Positions 41,301 through 50,763 of a DNA stretch of 64,000 nucleotides are shown here, piece after piece; positions within the stretch are counted from its first letter, which is position 1; every line of letters begins with the position of its first letter. The translations under genes and the position numbers were made by a program. Origin of the DNA: Eledone cirrhosa. Its lineage: Eukaryota. The notes beneath the pieces were generated by a model. That model was not told the DNA's origin and ran no database searches. It saw only the letters and a program-made list of their open reading frames with translations. The stretch is taken from assembly GCA_964016885.1 (NCBI GenBank), contig OZ024741.1, forward strand, positions 72,168,001-72,232,000. Direction: 5' to 3'.

Positions 41301-44300
41301 TTGACTGGGAGAGACACTGTTTTTATGGTGGTGTTGTAGTTTCTTGATTGACTGGGAGAGACACTGTTTTTATGGTGGTGTTGTAGTGACTTGATTGACT
41401 GGGAGAGACACTGTTTTTATGGTAGTGTTGTAGTTTCTTGATTGACTGGGAGAGAGTGTTTTTATGGTGGTGTTGTAGTGTCTTGATTGACTGGGAGAGA
41501 CAGTGTTTTTATGGTGGTGTTGTAGTGTCCTGATTGACTGGGAGAGGCAGTGTTTTTATGGTGGTGTTGTAGTTGCTTGACTGACTGGGAGAGAGTGTTT
41601 TTATGGTGGTGTTGTAGTGTCTTGATTGACTGGGAGAGACACTGTTTTTATGGTGGTGTTGTAGTTTCTTGATTGACTGGGAGAGACAGTGTTTTTATGG
41701 TGGTGTTGTAGCTTCTTGATTGACTGGGAGAGTGTTTTTATGGTGGTGTTGTAGTGTCTTGATTGACTGGGAGAGACAGTGTTTTTATGGTGGTGTTGTT
41801 GTGTCTTGATTGACTGGTAGAGACAGTGTTTTTATGGTGGTGTTGTAGTGTCTTGATTGACTCGAAGAGACAGTGTTTTTATGGTGGTGTTGTAGTGTCT
41901 TGATTTACTGGGAGAGGCAGTGTTTTTATGGTGATGTTGTTGTGTCTTGATTGACTGGTAGAGACAGTGTTTTTATGGTGGTGTTGTAGTGTCTTGATTG
42001 ACTCGAAGAGACAGTGTTTTTATGGTGGTGTTGTAGTTGTTTGATTGACTGGGAGAGACAATGTTTTTATGGTGCTGTTGTACTGTCTTGATTGACTGGG
42101 AGAGGCAGTGTTTTTATGGTGGTGTTGTAGTTGTTTGATTGACTGGGAGAGACAATGTTTTTATGGTGGTGTTGTAGTGTCTTGATTGACTGGGAGAGAC
42201 ACTGTTTTTATGGTGGTGTTGTAGTTTCTTGATTGACTGGGAGAGACAGTGTTTTTATGGTGGTGTTGTAGTTTCTTGATTGACTGGGAGAGACAGTGTT
42301 TTTATGGTGGTGTTGTAGTTTCTTGATTGACTGGGAGAGACAGTGTTTTTATGGTAGTGTTGTAGTTTCTTGATTGACTGGGAGAGACAGTGTTTTTATG
42401 GTGGTGTTGTAGTTTCTTGATTGACTGGGAGAGATTGTTTTTATGGTGGTGTTGTAGTGTCTTGATTGACTGGGAGAGACAGTGTTTTTATGGTGGTGTT
42501 GTAGTGACTTGATTGACTGGGAGAGACAGTGTTTTTATGGTGGTGTTGTTGTGTCTTGATTGACTGGGAGAGACAGTGTTTTTATGGTGGTGTTGTTTTG
42601 TCTTGATTTACTGGTAGAGACAGTGTTTTTATTGTGGTGTTGTTGTGTCTTGATTGACTGGGAGAGGCAGTGTTTTTATGGCGGTGTTGTAATTTCTTGA
42701 TTGACTGGGAGAGACAGTGTTTTTATGGTGGTGTTGTAGTGTCTTGATTGACTGGGAGAGGCAGTGTTTTTATGGTGGTGTTGTAGTTGCTTGATTGACT
42801 GGGAGAGACAGTTTTTTTTATTGTGGTGTTGTAGTGTCTTGATTGACTCGAAGAGACAGTGTTTTTATGGTGGTGTTGTAGTGTCCTGATTTACTGGGAG
42901 AGGCAGTGTTTTTATGGCGGTGTTGTAGTTTCTTGATTGACTGGGAGAGACAGTGTTTTTATGGTAGTGTTGTAGTGTCTGGATTGACTGGGAGAGGCAG
43001 TGTTTTTATGGTGGTGTTGTAGTTGCTTGATTGACTGGGAGAGACAGTGTTTTTATGGTGATGTTGTAGTGTCTTGATTGACTGGGAGAGACACTGTTTT
43101 TATGGTGGTGTTGTAGTTTCTTGATTGACTGGGAGAGACAGTGTTTTTATGGTGGTGTTGTAGTTTCTTGATTGACTGGGAGAGAGTGTTTTTATGGTGG
43201 CGTTGTAGTGTCTTGATTGACTGGGAGAGACAGTGTTTTTATGGTGGTGTTGTAGTGACTTGATTGACTGGGAGAGACAGTGTTTTTATGGTGGTGTTGT
43301 AGTGTCTTGATTGACTGGGAGAGACACTGTTTTTATGGTGGTGTTGTAGTTTCTTGATTGACTGGGAGAGGCAGTGTTTTTATGGTGGTGTTGTAGTTGC
43401 TTGACTGACTGGGAGAGACAGTGTTTTTATGGTGGTGTTGTAGTGTCTTGATTGACTGGGAGAGACACTGTTTTTATGGTGGTGTTGTAGTTTCTTGATT
43501 GACTGGGAGAGAGAGTGTTTTTATGGTGGTGTTGTAGCTTCTTGATTGACTGGGAGAGTGTTTTTATGGTGGTGTTGTAGTGTCTTGATTGACTGGGAGA
43601 GACAGTGTTTTTATGGTGGTGTTGTAGTGACTTGATTGACTGGGAGAGACAGTGTTTTTATGGTTGTGTTGTTGTGTCTTGATTGACTGGTAGAGACAGT
43701 GTTTTTATGGTGGTGTTGTAGTGTCTTGATTGACTCGAAGAGACAGTGTTTTTATGGTGGTGTTGTAGTGTCTTGATTTACTGGGAGAGGCAGTGTTTTT
43801 ATGGTGATGTTGTTGTGTCTTGATTGACTGGTAGAGACAGTGTTTTTATGGTGGTGTTGTAGTGTCTTGATTGACTCGAAGAGACAGTGTTTTTATGGTG
43901 GTGTTGTACTGTCTTGACTGACTGGGAGAGGCAGTGTTTTTATGGTGGTGTTGTAGTTGTTTGATTGACTGGGAGAGACAATGTTTTCATGGTGGTGTTG
44001 TAGTGTCTTGATTGACTGGGAGAGACACTGTTTTTATGGTGGTGTTGTAGTTTCTTGATTGACTGGGAGAGACAGTGTTTTTATGGTGGTGTTGTAGTTT
44101 CTTGATTGAATGGGAGAGACAGTGTTTTTATGGTGGTGTTGTAGTTTCTTGATTGACTGGGAGAGACAGTGTTTTTATGGTAGTGTTGTAGTTTCTTGAT
44201 TGACTGGGAGAGACAGTGTTTTTATGGTGGTGTTGTAGTTTCTTGATTGACTGGGAGAGATTGTTTTTATGGTGGTGTTGTAGTGTCTTGATTGACTGGG

Positions 44301-44880
44301 AGAGACAGTGTTTTTATGGTGGTGTTGTAGTGACTTGATTGACTGGGAGAGACAGTGTTTTTATGGTGGTGTTGTTGTGTCTTGATTGACTGGGAGAGAC
44401 AGTGTTTTTATGGTGGTGTTGTTTTGTCTTGATTTACTGGTAGAGACAGTGTTTTTATTGTGGTGTTGTTGTGTCTTGATTGACTGGGAGAGGCAGTGTT
44501 TTTATGGCGGTGTTGTAATTTCTTGATTGACTGGGAGAGACAGTGTTTTTATGGTGGTGTTGTAGTGTCTTGATTGACTGGGAGAGGCAGTGTTTTTATG
44601 GTGGTGTTGTAGTTGCTTGATTGACTGGGAGAGACAGTGTTTTTATGGTGGTGTTGTAGTGTCTTGATTGACTGGGAGAGACACTGTTTTTATGGTGGTG
44701 TTGTAGTTTCTTGATTGACTGGGAGAGACACTGTTTTTATGGTGGTGTTGTAGTTTCTTGATTGACTGGGAGAGAGTGTTTTTATGGTGGTGTTGTAGTG
44801 TCTTGATTGACTGGGAGAGACACTGTTTTTATGGTGGTGTTGTAGTTTCTTGATTGACTGGGAGAGACACTGTTTTTATG
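38270..44880 (+). repeat. Imperfect higher-order tandem duplication, period ~3273 bp (3132-3506 after whole-monomer indels)
   Basis: G(T)8ATTG 39538/42811 and TTTTCATGG 40711/43984. Flanking offsets shift by 141 and 233 bp (3 and 5 monomers). Confidence 0.85.
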
Positions 44881-45986
44881 GTGGTGTTGTAGAGTCTTGA
44901 TTGACTGGGAGAGTGTTTTTATGGTGGTGTTGTAGTGACTTGATTGACTGGGAGAGACAGTATTTTTATGGTGGTGTTGTTGTGTCTTGATTGACTGGGA
45001 GAGACAGTGTTTTTATGGTGGTGTTGTTTTGTCTTGATTTACTGGTAGAGACAGTGTTTTTATTGTGGTGTTGTTGTGTCTTGATTGACTGGGAGAGGCA
45101 GTGTTTTTATGGCGGTGTTGTAATTTCTTGATTGACTGGGAGAGACAGTGTTTTTATGGTGGTGTTGTAGTGTCTTGATTGACTGGGAGAAGCAGTGTTT
45201 TTATGGTGGTGTTGTAGTTGCTTGATTGACTGGGAGAGACAGTGTTTTTATGGTGGTGTTGTAGTGTCTTGATTGACTGGGAGAGACAGTGTTTTTATGG
45301 TGGTGTTGTAGTGACTCTATTGACTGGGAGAGACAGTGTTTTTATGGTGGTGTTGTAGTGTCTTGATTGACTGGGAGAGACAGTGTTTTTATGGTGGTGT
45401 TGTTTTGTCTTGATTGACTGGTAGAGATAGTGTTTTTATTGTGGTGTTGTAGTGTCTTGATTGACTCGAAGAGACAGTGTTTTTATGGTGGTGTTGTAGT
45501 GTCTTGATTTACTGGGAGAGGCAGTGTTTTTATGGCGGTGTTTTTATGGTGGTGTTGTAGTTGCTTGATTGACTGGGAGAGACAGTGTTTTTATGGTGGT
45601 GTTGTAGTGTCTCGATTGACTGGGAGAGATAGTGTTTTTATGGTGGTGTTGTATTTTTTTGATTGACTGGGAGAGACAGTGTTTTTATGGTGGTGTTGTA
45701 GTTTCTTGATTGACTGGGAGAGACAGTGTTTTTATGGTGGTGTTGTAGTTTCTTGATTGACTGGGAGAGGCAGTGTTTTTATGGTGGTGTTGTAGTGTCT
45801 TGATTGACTGGGTGAGAGTGTTTTTATGGTGGTGTTGTAGTGTCTTGATTGACTGGGAGAGACAGTGTTTTTATGGTGGTGTTGTAGTGTCTTGATTGAC
45901 TGGGAGAGACAGTGTTTTTATGGTGGTGTTGTAGTGTCTTGATTGACTGGGAGAGACAGTGTTTTTATGGTGGTGTTGTAGAGTCT

Positions 45987-46063
45987 GGACTAATTGGGGT
46001 GGTGTTGTAGTTGATTTTGGACTGATTCGGAGAGAGATAGTGTTTTAGAGTGGTGTTGTATTA
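45987..46063 (+). repeat. Degenerate terminal satellite-like units at the array boundary
   Basis: GGTGGTGTTGTAG and TCGGAGAGAGATAGTGTTTTAGAGTGGTGTTGTATT are recognisable but much-diverged monomers of non-47-bp spacing. Confidence 0.85.
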
Positions 46064-46189
46064 CTGTTCTGGTGTGCTGTCATGGTATTTTGTGGATGTT
46101 TGTACTGAGTAGGAAGGGGAGATAGGATTACATGTCTCTGGATCAGCTGTACACTTATTTACCTTCTCTTCTGATTCACAAATAGTAGT

Positions 46190-46417
46190 TTAACCCTTTA
46201 GCAATTAAAGTGGCTGTATCCAATTCTCATTCCTCTTTCAGTTCAAACTGGCTGTAACCGGCTACTCATACTAATGTTAAGGTGTTGTTCTCAAAATAAA
46301 TAACATCAAAACCTCGTAGATAATTATGAGGTAATTATGAGATAATTATGTGAGGTAAAGTCTTTAACATGAAAATACAATAGTAAATATATAGTAATGG
46401 AAATGCTAAAGAGTTAA
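46190..46417. mobile_element. piggyBac-like MITE with TTAA target duplication
   Basis: TTAA-CCCTTTAGCA (46190-) ... TGCTAAAGAG-TTAA (-46417); terminal inverted repeat matches 9/10. Confidence 0.75.
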
Positions 46418-46556
46418 GGAAATGCTAACTTTACAAGTTTATAGGGACAAACAAATAAGATCATGTGATGTTCTAAAGTTAAAGTCTGTCCCAAGCCTGG
46501 AGCCTCCCCAGGCTAGTACTTATCCCAGAGTACAAGATTCTCCACTGGATTCCTTT

Positions 46557-46689
46557 TCAGCTGAGTGGACTGGAGCAGTGTGAAATTAAGTGTTTTGCCC
46601 AAGGACACAATGTGCCAGCTAGTTTAAAAATGAAACCCATGACATGATCATAAGTCCAATACTCTAACCACTAAGCCACCCATCTTCAC
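46557..46689 (-). mobile_element. tRNA-derived SINE, family C, 5' part
   Basis: CAGCTGAGTGGACTGGAGCAGTGTGAAATTAAGTGTTTTGCCCAAGGACACAA...CTAACCACTAAGCCAC is homologous to 51845-52050 and 52250-52500; its reverse complement begins with a tRNA-like A box (GTGGCTTAGTGGTTAG). Confidence 0.75.
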
Positions 46690-46749
46690 TGAATTGATGT
46701 TAACTGGGAATTAAAACAGATTTGTGACAGGTTAATAAAGGAGCTTGAT

Positions 46750-46890
46750 CTGTTAGAAACAGCAGCTAGATTTAATCAAATCAAACTTTAAAAAGGAAAG
46801 ACATTGGACAATACAGTCATGTGTATATAAAATGAGATGATCATGGTTGGCATGCCTTTGGTGATTAAAGCTGACCTGAGGCTAAACAAC
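46750..46890 (+). mobile_element. Interspersed repeat family B (SINE-like 3' portion ending GGCTAAACAAC)
   Basis: TGTTAGAAACAGCAGC...GATGATCATGGTTGG...GCTGACCTGAGGCTAAACAAC is homologous to 50247-50850, 57040-57102 and 49211-49238. Confidence 0.7.
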
Positions 46891-47511
46891 ATCAACTGTT
46901 GTGAATGAATTTGTTTGAGTGATGTCAACATGGGTAGAGAGCATAGCATGTAGACTGGACTATATACTTATATAGTGCAGGGTGTATATATACTTGTGTT
47001 TGTAGAGGTGTGTGTGTGTTCGTAGGTGTGCATGCTTTAGGTGTGTTTGTGTATCTGTAGATGTGTGTGTGTGTGTACATATTACTTCCAGATGTTGAAA
47101 AGATATTTAAAAATGGTATATTAGTTCACAGAGATATATACAGGGTGGAATGGATAGAGAGAGATAGAGAGAAATAGTGTATTGAAGATAGGTTTGTTAG
47201 CATTACCAAACAATAACAGTAGTAGTAGTAGTAGATATGATATTGATGGAAAAGTTTTGTTGATGTAGTTTTAGTTTCAGGGTGGATGGGGGATTACGTA
47301 GCTGATAAAATGGGGCACAAAGGAGTTGGCAGAGTGCCAACCAGTGAAGGGATACAAAACTGAGAATCCCTTCATTTGGGTGGTGAAAACATTAACAGTT
47401 CAGTTATTGAAACTACTAAACCAGGGAACTCCTACACAACAGCAGCTCAGCCTACTAATACTAACAGTCAAATCTGCCTAGTATCACATAGGAAAGCACA
47501 TGACCTAGTGA

Positions 47512-47580
47512 TTAACCCTTTTGGTACCAATCAGCCTGAAACCACCATGGTTTTATGATATAAAACTTCTCATTTTTAAA
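47512..47580 (+). mobile_element. Left end of piggyBac-like MITE (partial)
   Basis: TTAACCCTTTTGGTACCAATCAGCCTG resembles the left end at 58409 (TTAACGATTTTGATACCAACCCACCTG). Confidence 0.55.
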
Positions 47581-47825
47581 TGTTCATACTGAAATAATAT
47601 TATGATGCAAGGTTTTCATAAGGTTAGAGATAAAGAAGCAAAGTCCTGGCGTTGAGTGAAGTTTAGTTGCCAAAGCAAGACAAACTTTGTTGGAAACTCA
47701 TAAAAGAACACCAGCAGTTTTACATACAAGAGCGATGAAACAATGATGTATTGTTCTAGATATACTAGCCCTGTAAAAACATGGAGTGGTCATGACTGGA
47801 TTGCTAGATCGTTGATGACTTATGA

Positions 47826-48549
47826 TTAACTCTTTCATTACAAAACTGCCTAAAAGTTTATTTTAAAGTGTTTAGATTTATGTAAAAACCTACCATCAAA
47901 TTTTATGTAAGAACCTTTATTAAGTTAATGTCCAAAAACCTACTTAATAAATGAGAAAGTTAGTTATGTATATATATTTGAATATAAGCCAACCCCCTAT
48001 TTTTTGTCTGAGAAATAGGCAAAAATTTAAACCCTGTATATAAACTGAGGCATCTAATCAACACAATGTTTAGATGGCACAGTCTTGAAATGTTCGTGAA
48101 TGGAGAATATATTTATGAAGTTTTAATATTTTGATATTTAAAATTTTTGATATTTAAAATGTTGTTTAGAGTATAGTTTTTATTTCAGAACTCTATTGTG
48201 TTAAGATTTTTTTTAGCAATTTCTAACTGTTTTGAAGGCCATATTCATTTAAAATTCACTAAAAATATTAAGAAAAGCGAATTTCATATAGAAAGTGAAA
48301 CCAGTATAATATTCACACCCAAAGCAATAATATTTTAGCACTTCATTTATATAGAATTTTAAAGTTGGTAAAAATTGGCAAAATATTGACCTTGAATATA
48401 AGCCAACTCCCCATTTTACCATCAATTTTTCCTAGCTTATATACAGGTATATACAGTATATTACTAAATCTCTTTAAACTTTTGATTATTTTCAAAACTT
48501 TTGAAAACCATAGGAAATATCTTTCATTAGATGGTAACAAAAAGTTTAA
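47826..48549 (+). mobile_element. piggyBac-like MITE, interrupted by a TcMar-like MITE
   Basis: TTAACTCTTTCATTAC at left and GGTAACAAAAAGTTTAA at right; internal TTACTAAAT segment is shared with 58409-58615. Confidence 0.55.
47966..48458. mobile_element. TcMar (Tc2/pogo-like) non-autonomous element with TA ends
   Basis: Left TATGTATATATATTTGAATATAAGCC is an inverted match to right GCTTATATACAGGTATATACAGTA; subterminal direct repeat TGAATATAAGCCAAC at 47979 and 48393. Confidence 0.6.
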
Positions 48550-48593
48550 ACAATAACAATAACCACACATGATATATATAAATAACACTATAA

Positions 48594-48747
48594 AGTTGAT
48601 GAATTGGTTGAATTGGTGTGTCGGATAGAAGGCCTTGTAAAATTTCCAGTACTCTAATCTCTGAACTCAAATTCTGCCATAGTTAACTTTGCCTTTTAAC
48701 CCTATAGAGTCGATAAAAAAGTACCAGTTAAACACTGGGGGTTGACT
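48594..48747 (+). mobile_element. tRNA-derived SINE family A, degenerate copy
   Basis: CTGAACTCAAATTCTGCC...GTTAACTTTGCCTTT...GTCGATAAAAAAGTACCAGTTAAACACTGGGG matches the family A core. Confidence 0.7.
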
Positions 48748-48985
48748 CTTCTTTCTTTTCTCATTCTCTCTCATAGAATTACCTATACACAATAAGATGG
48801 TGGATTGTAGAATAAAAAAATCTGAAGGAAGGTAACAAGGCAAACCACCTTCATATTATTCTCCCTATGACAAATTATTTGTTGAGGGAGTCACCAGGAG
48901 TCACTCACCAACCTGATGGCACCAGACTGGAAGTTATAAAGATATTAGTGATATTATAACAATTCTGCCAATCCACTGCTCCTGG

Positions 48986-49094
48986 ACTAGTACTTTATTC
49001 ATTGACCCTGGAAGGATGAAAAGTAAAAATCACTTCAGTGAGATTTACAAATACCACATTTAATCTGGCGCAGTAACAATCCTACCAATTCACT
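48986..49094 (-). mobile_element. SINE family A, degenerate reverse copy
   Basis: GTACTTTATTCATTGACCCTGGAAGGATGAAAAGTAAA is the reverse complement of the family A core. Confidence 0.6.
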
Positions 49095-49655
49095 ATCAAT
49101 GAGCGAACTGAGAATTCTAAAATCTCAAGGTTTGTGTAACTAAGAATAAAAATTATTCCTTATACCACTAGAAAACTGGAGAAAAAAACAAACAAACAAA
49201 ATGATCTATCATAGTTAACCTGGGGCTAAACAACAACACATATATACTCTTTAGTGTTCAGGCTCTTTCCTCTTCAGCAAAGCTCTGATTAACCTTTTCA
49301 TATTACTTCTGACAGGACCCGCTGGAAGGAGTGTTTGAGTACTCTTCCCCCACCACTCTCTCAAGAATAAGTGGGCGAAGAAACTATTTCATTTGATGAG
49401 GAAAATCAAGGTGGAGAGGTATTGGCTTGCTCAAAGTATATGCTTGTAGATTGAAAGACAACAACTGGGAGAAAGCCCTAGCACTAGTGGTCATCCATAC
49501 TCCCCCAGCGGCTATTCGTTTAAATTTTACATGTTGTTTTTATTATATTTTTACACAAAAAAATCTCACACTGCATCACCCTGTGCCATCCTTAATATTT
49601 TCTTTGTATGAACAAGTTATTGTTAATAAAGTAATCATTATTATTATCATTTCAT

Positions 49656-49860
49656 TTAACTTTGCCTTTCATCCTTACGGGGTCGATAAAATAAAGTACT
49701 AGTAATGTACTGGGTAATTGCTGGCCTTGTGCCAAAAGTAGAAACAATTATTATTAACATTATTAGGACAGTGGATTGGAAATATCTGTAGAGCGTCGGA
49801 CGTTTTGCGACATAGAGTTATGGCCCTTCACGTTCTGAGGTCAAATCCAGCCAGGGTTAA
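49656..49860 (+). mobile_element. SINE family A: 3' half (49656-49755) followed by a 5' half (49765-49860)
   Basis: TTAACTTTGCCTTTCATCCTTACGGGGTCGATAAAATAAAGTAC...GCTGGCCTTGTGCC, then GTGGATTGGAAATATCTGTAGAGCGTCGGAC...TCAAATCCAGCCAGGGTTAA. Confidence 0.8.
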
Positions 49861-50354
49861 ATAAATAAAGAATTATTAGCATAGGTGTGCGATGAACTAA
49901 TTATAAATCTAACATTGTGAGAACTATCACTAGAAAAAGATGTGATGGTCAGAACTGGAACGCCTTTAATCGCACATGTTATCTTTACACCACAAGAGTG
50001 TAAAAAATGTTTGTTATGACTTAGTGAAAACGTGGTGCATATGACATTTTTTGCAGAGACCCAGAGAGACTTGTGGAAGTAAAGGGGGTATGGAATGGTA
50101 ATGGTGGTGATGATGGTAGTGAGTGTGGGTATGGTGGTGGGTGAGAGGTCAGTGAAGTCATCTTTATCATTGAGATAATGAAAGAGCTTATCACAACATG
50201 TGTAAAACTCCTCTACCCCTATCCCACAGACAAGGAAGCCTCTGCACTAGAAATAGCAACTAAATCACTCTCAAATAACACCCTTTTACAAAAAGAAAAC
50301 AATAAACAAAAGAGCATACTGGATAATGTGAGAAACATTATATCTGAAAATATA

Positions 50355-50573
50355 GGGCGGTAGATTGGCAGTATCGGTAGAGTGTCGGACGCCATGCATT
50401 GACGCATAGAGTTACGGCCCTTGCCATTCTGGGTTCAAATCCCGCCGAGGTTAACTTTGCCTTTCATCCTTACGGGGTCGATAAAATAAAGTACCAGTCA
50501 CGCACTGGTGTCGATTTAATCGACTTTCCCTCCCCAAAAAATTGCTGGCCTTGTGCCTATATAAGAAACAATT
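50355..50573 (+). mobile_element. Full-length tRNA-derived SINE family A
   Basis: A-box-like TGGCAGTATCGG, B box GGTTCAAATCC, core GCCTTTCATCCTTACGGGGTCGATAAAATAAAGTACC, tail AGAAACAATT(ATT). Confidence 0.9.
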
Positions 50574-50589
50574 ATTATATCTGAAAATA

Positions 50590-50763
50590 GGGCGGTGGAT
50601 TGGCAGTATCGGTAGAGGGTCAGACGTCATGCTTTGACGCATAGAGTTACGGCCCTTTATGGTCTGAGTTCAAATCCCGCCGAGGTTAACTTTTCCTTAC
50701 GGGGTCAATAAAATAAAGTAATTACTGGTAATTACTAGCCTTGTGCCAAATGTAGAAACAATT
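50590..50763 (+). mobile_element. SINE family A, second member of tandem dimer (internal deletions)
   Basis: GGGCGGTGGATTGGCAGTATCGGTAGAG...GAGTTCAAATCCCGCCGAGGTTAAC...CCTTGTGCC...AGAAACAATT. Confidence 0.9.

Larger units (their letters stand above)
1..45986 (+). repeat. Tandem satellite array, 47-bp monomer (TTGATTGACTGGGAGAGACAGTGTTTTTATGGTGGTGTTGTAGTGTC) with frequent 45-bp and rare 43/46/50-bp variants; about 980 copies; continues beyond left edge
   Basis: ATTGACTGGG recurs at 1, 48, 95 and so on. All monomers are head-to-tail in one orientation and I saw no interspersed insertions. Consensus composition is 19 T, 17 G, 8 A, 3 C. Confidence 0.99.

Noticed and set aside
1-45986. CRISPR array
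   Set aside because: Monomers are contiguous with no unique spacers, there are no cas genes and the context is eukaryotic.
1-45986. Giant mucin-like coding exon on the minus strand
   Set aside because: The 47-bp period shifts frame every unit and hits TAA (CCA CCA TAA) about every third monomer, so it is not currently coding.
1-45986. Complex telomeric repeat
   Set aside because: No TTAGGG, and the G-rich strand runs toward the unique DNA, opposite to telomere polarity for a left chromosome end.
1-45986. V(D)J RSS-like heptamer/nonamer (GACAGTG/CACTGT and TGTTTTTAT)
   Set aside because: The motifs overlap or are 35 bp apart rather than 12/23, and the essential CAC is absent in the needed orientation.
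1-45986. Conserved hairpin or G-quadruplex in the monomer
   Set aside because: The AGACA/TGTCT stem is only 5 bp, the CACTG variant usually co-occurs with stem-breaking TAGTTTC, and there is only one GGG per 47 bp.
49316-49460. Possible exon or RTE-LINE fragment (RWKECLSTL...)
   Set aside because: An acceptor-like site exists but all frames hit stops, and the similarity is too short to support.
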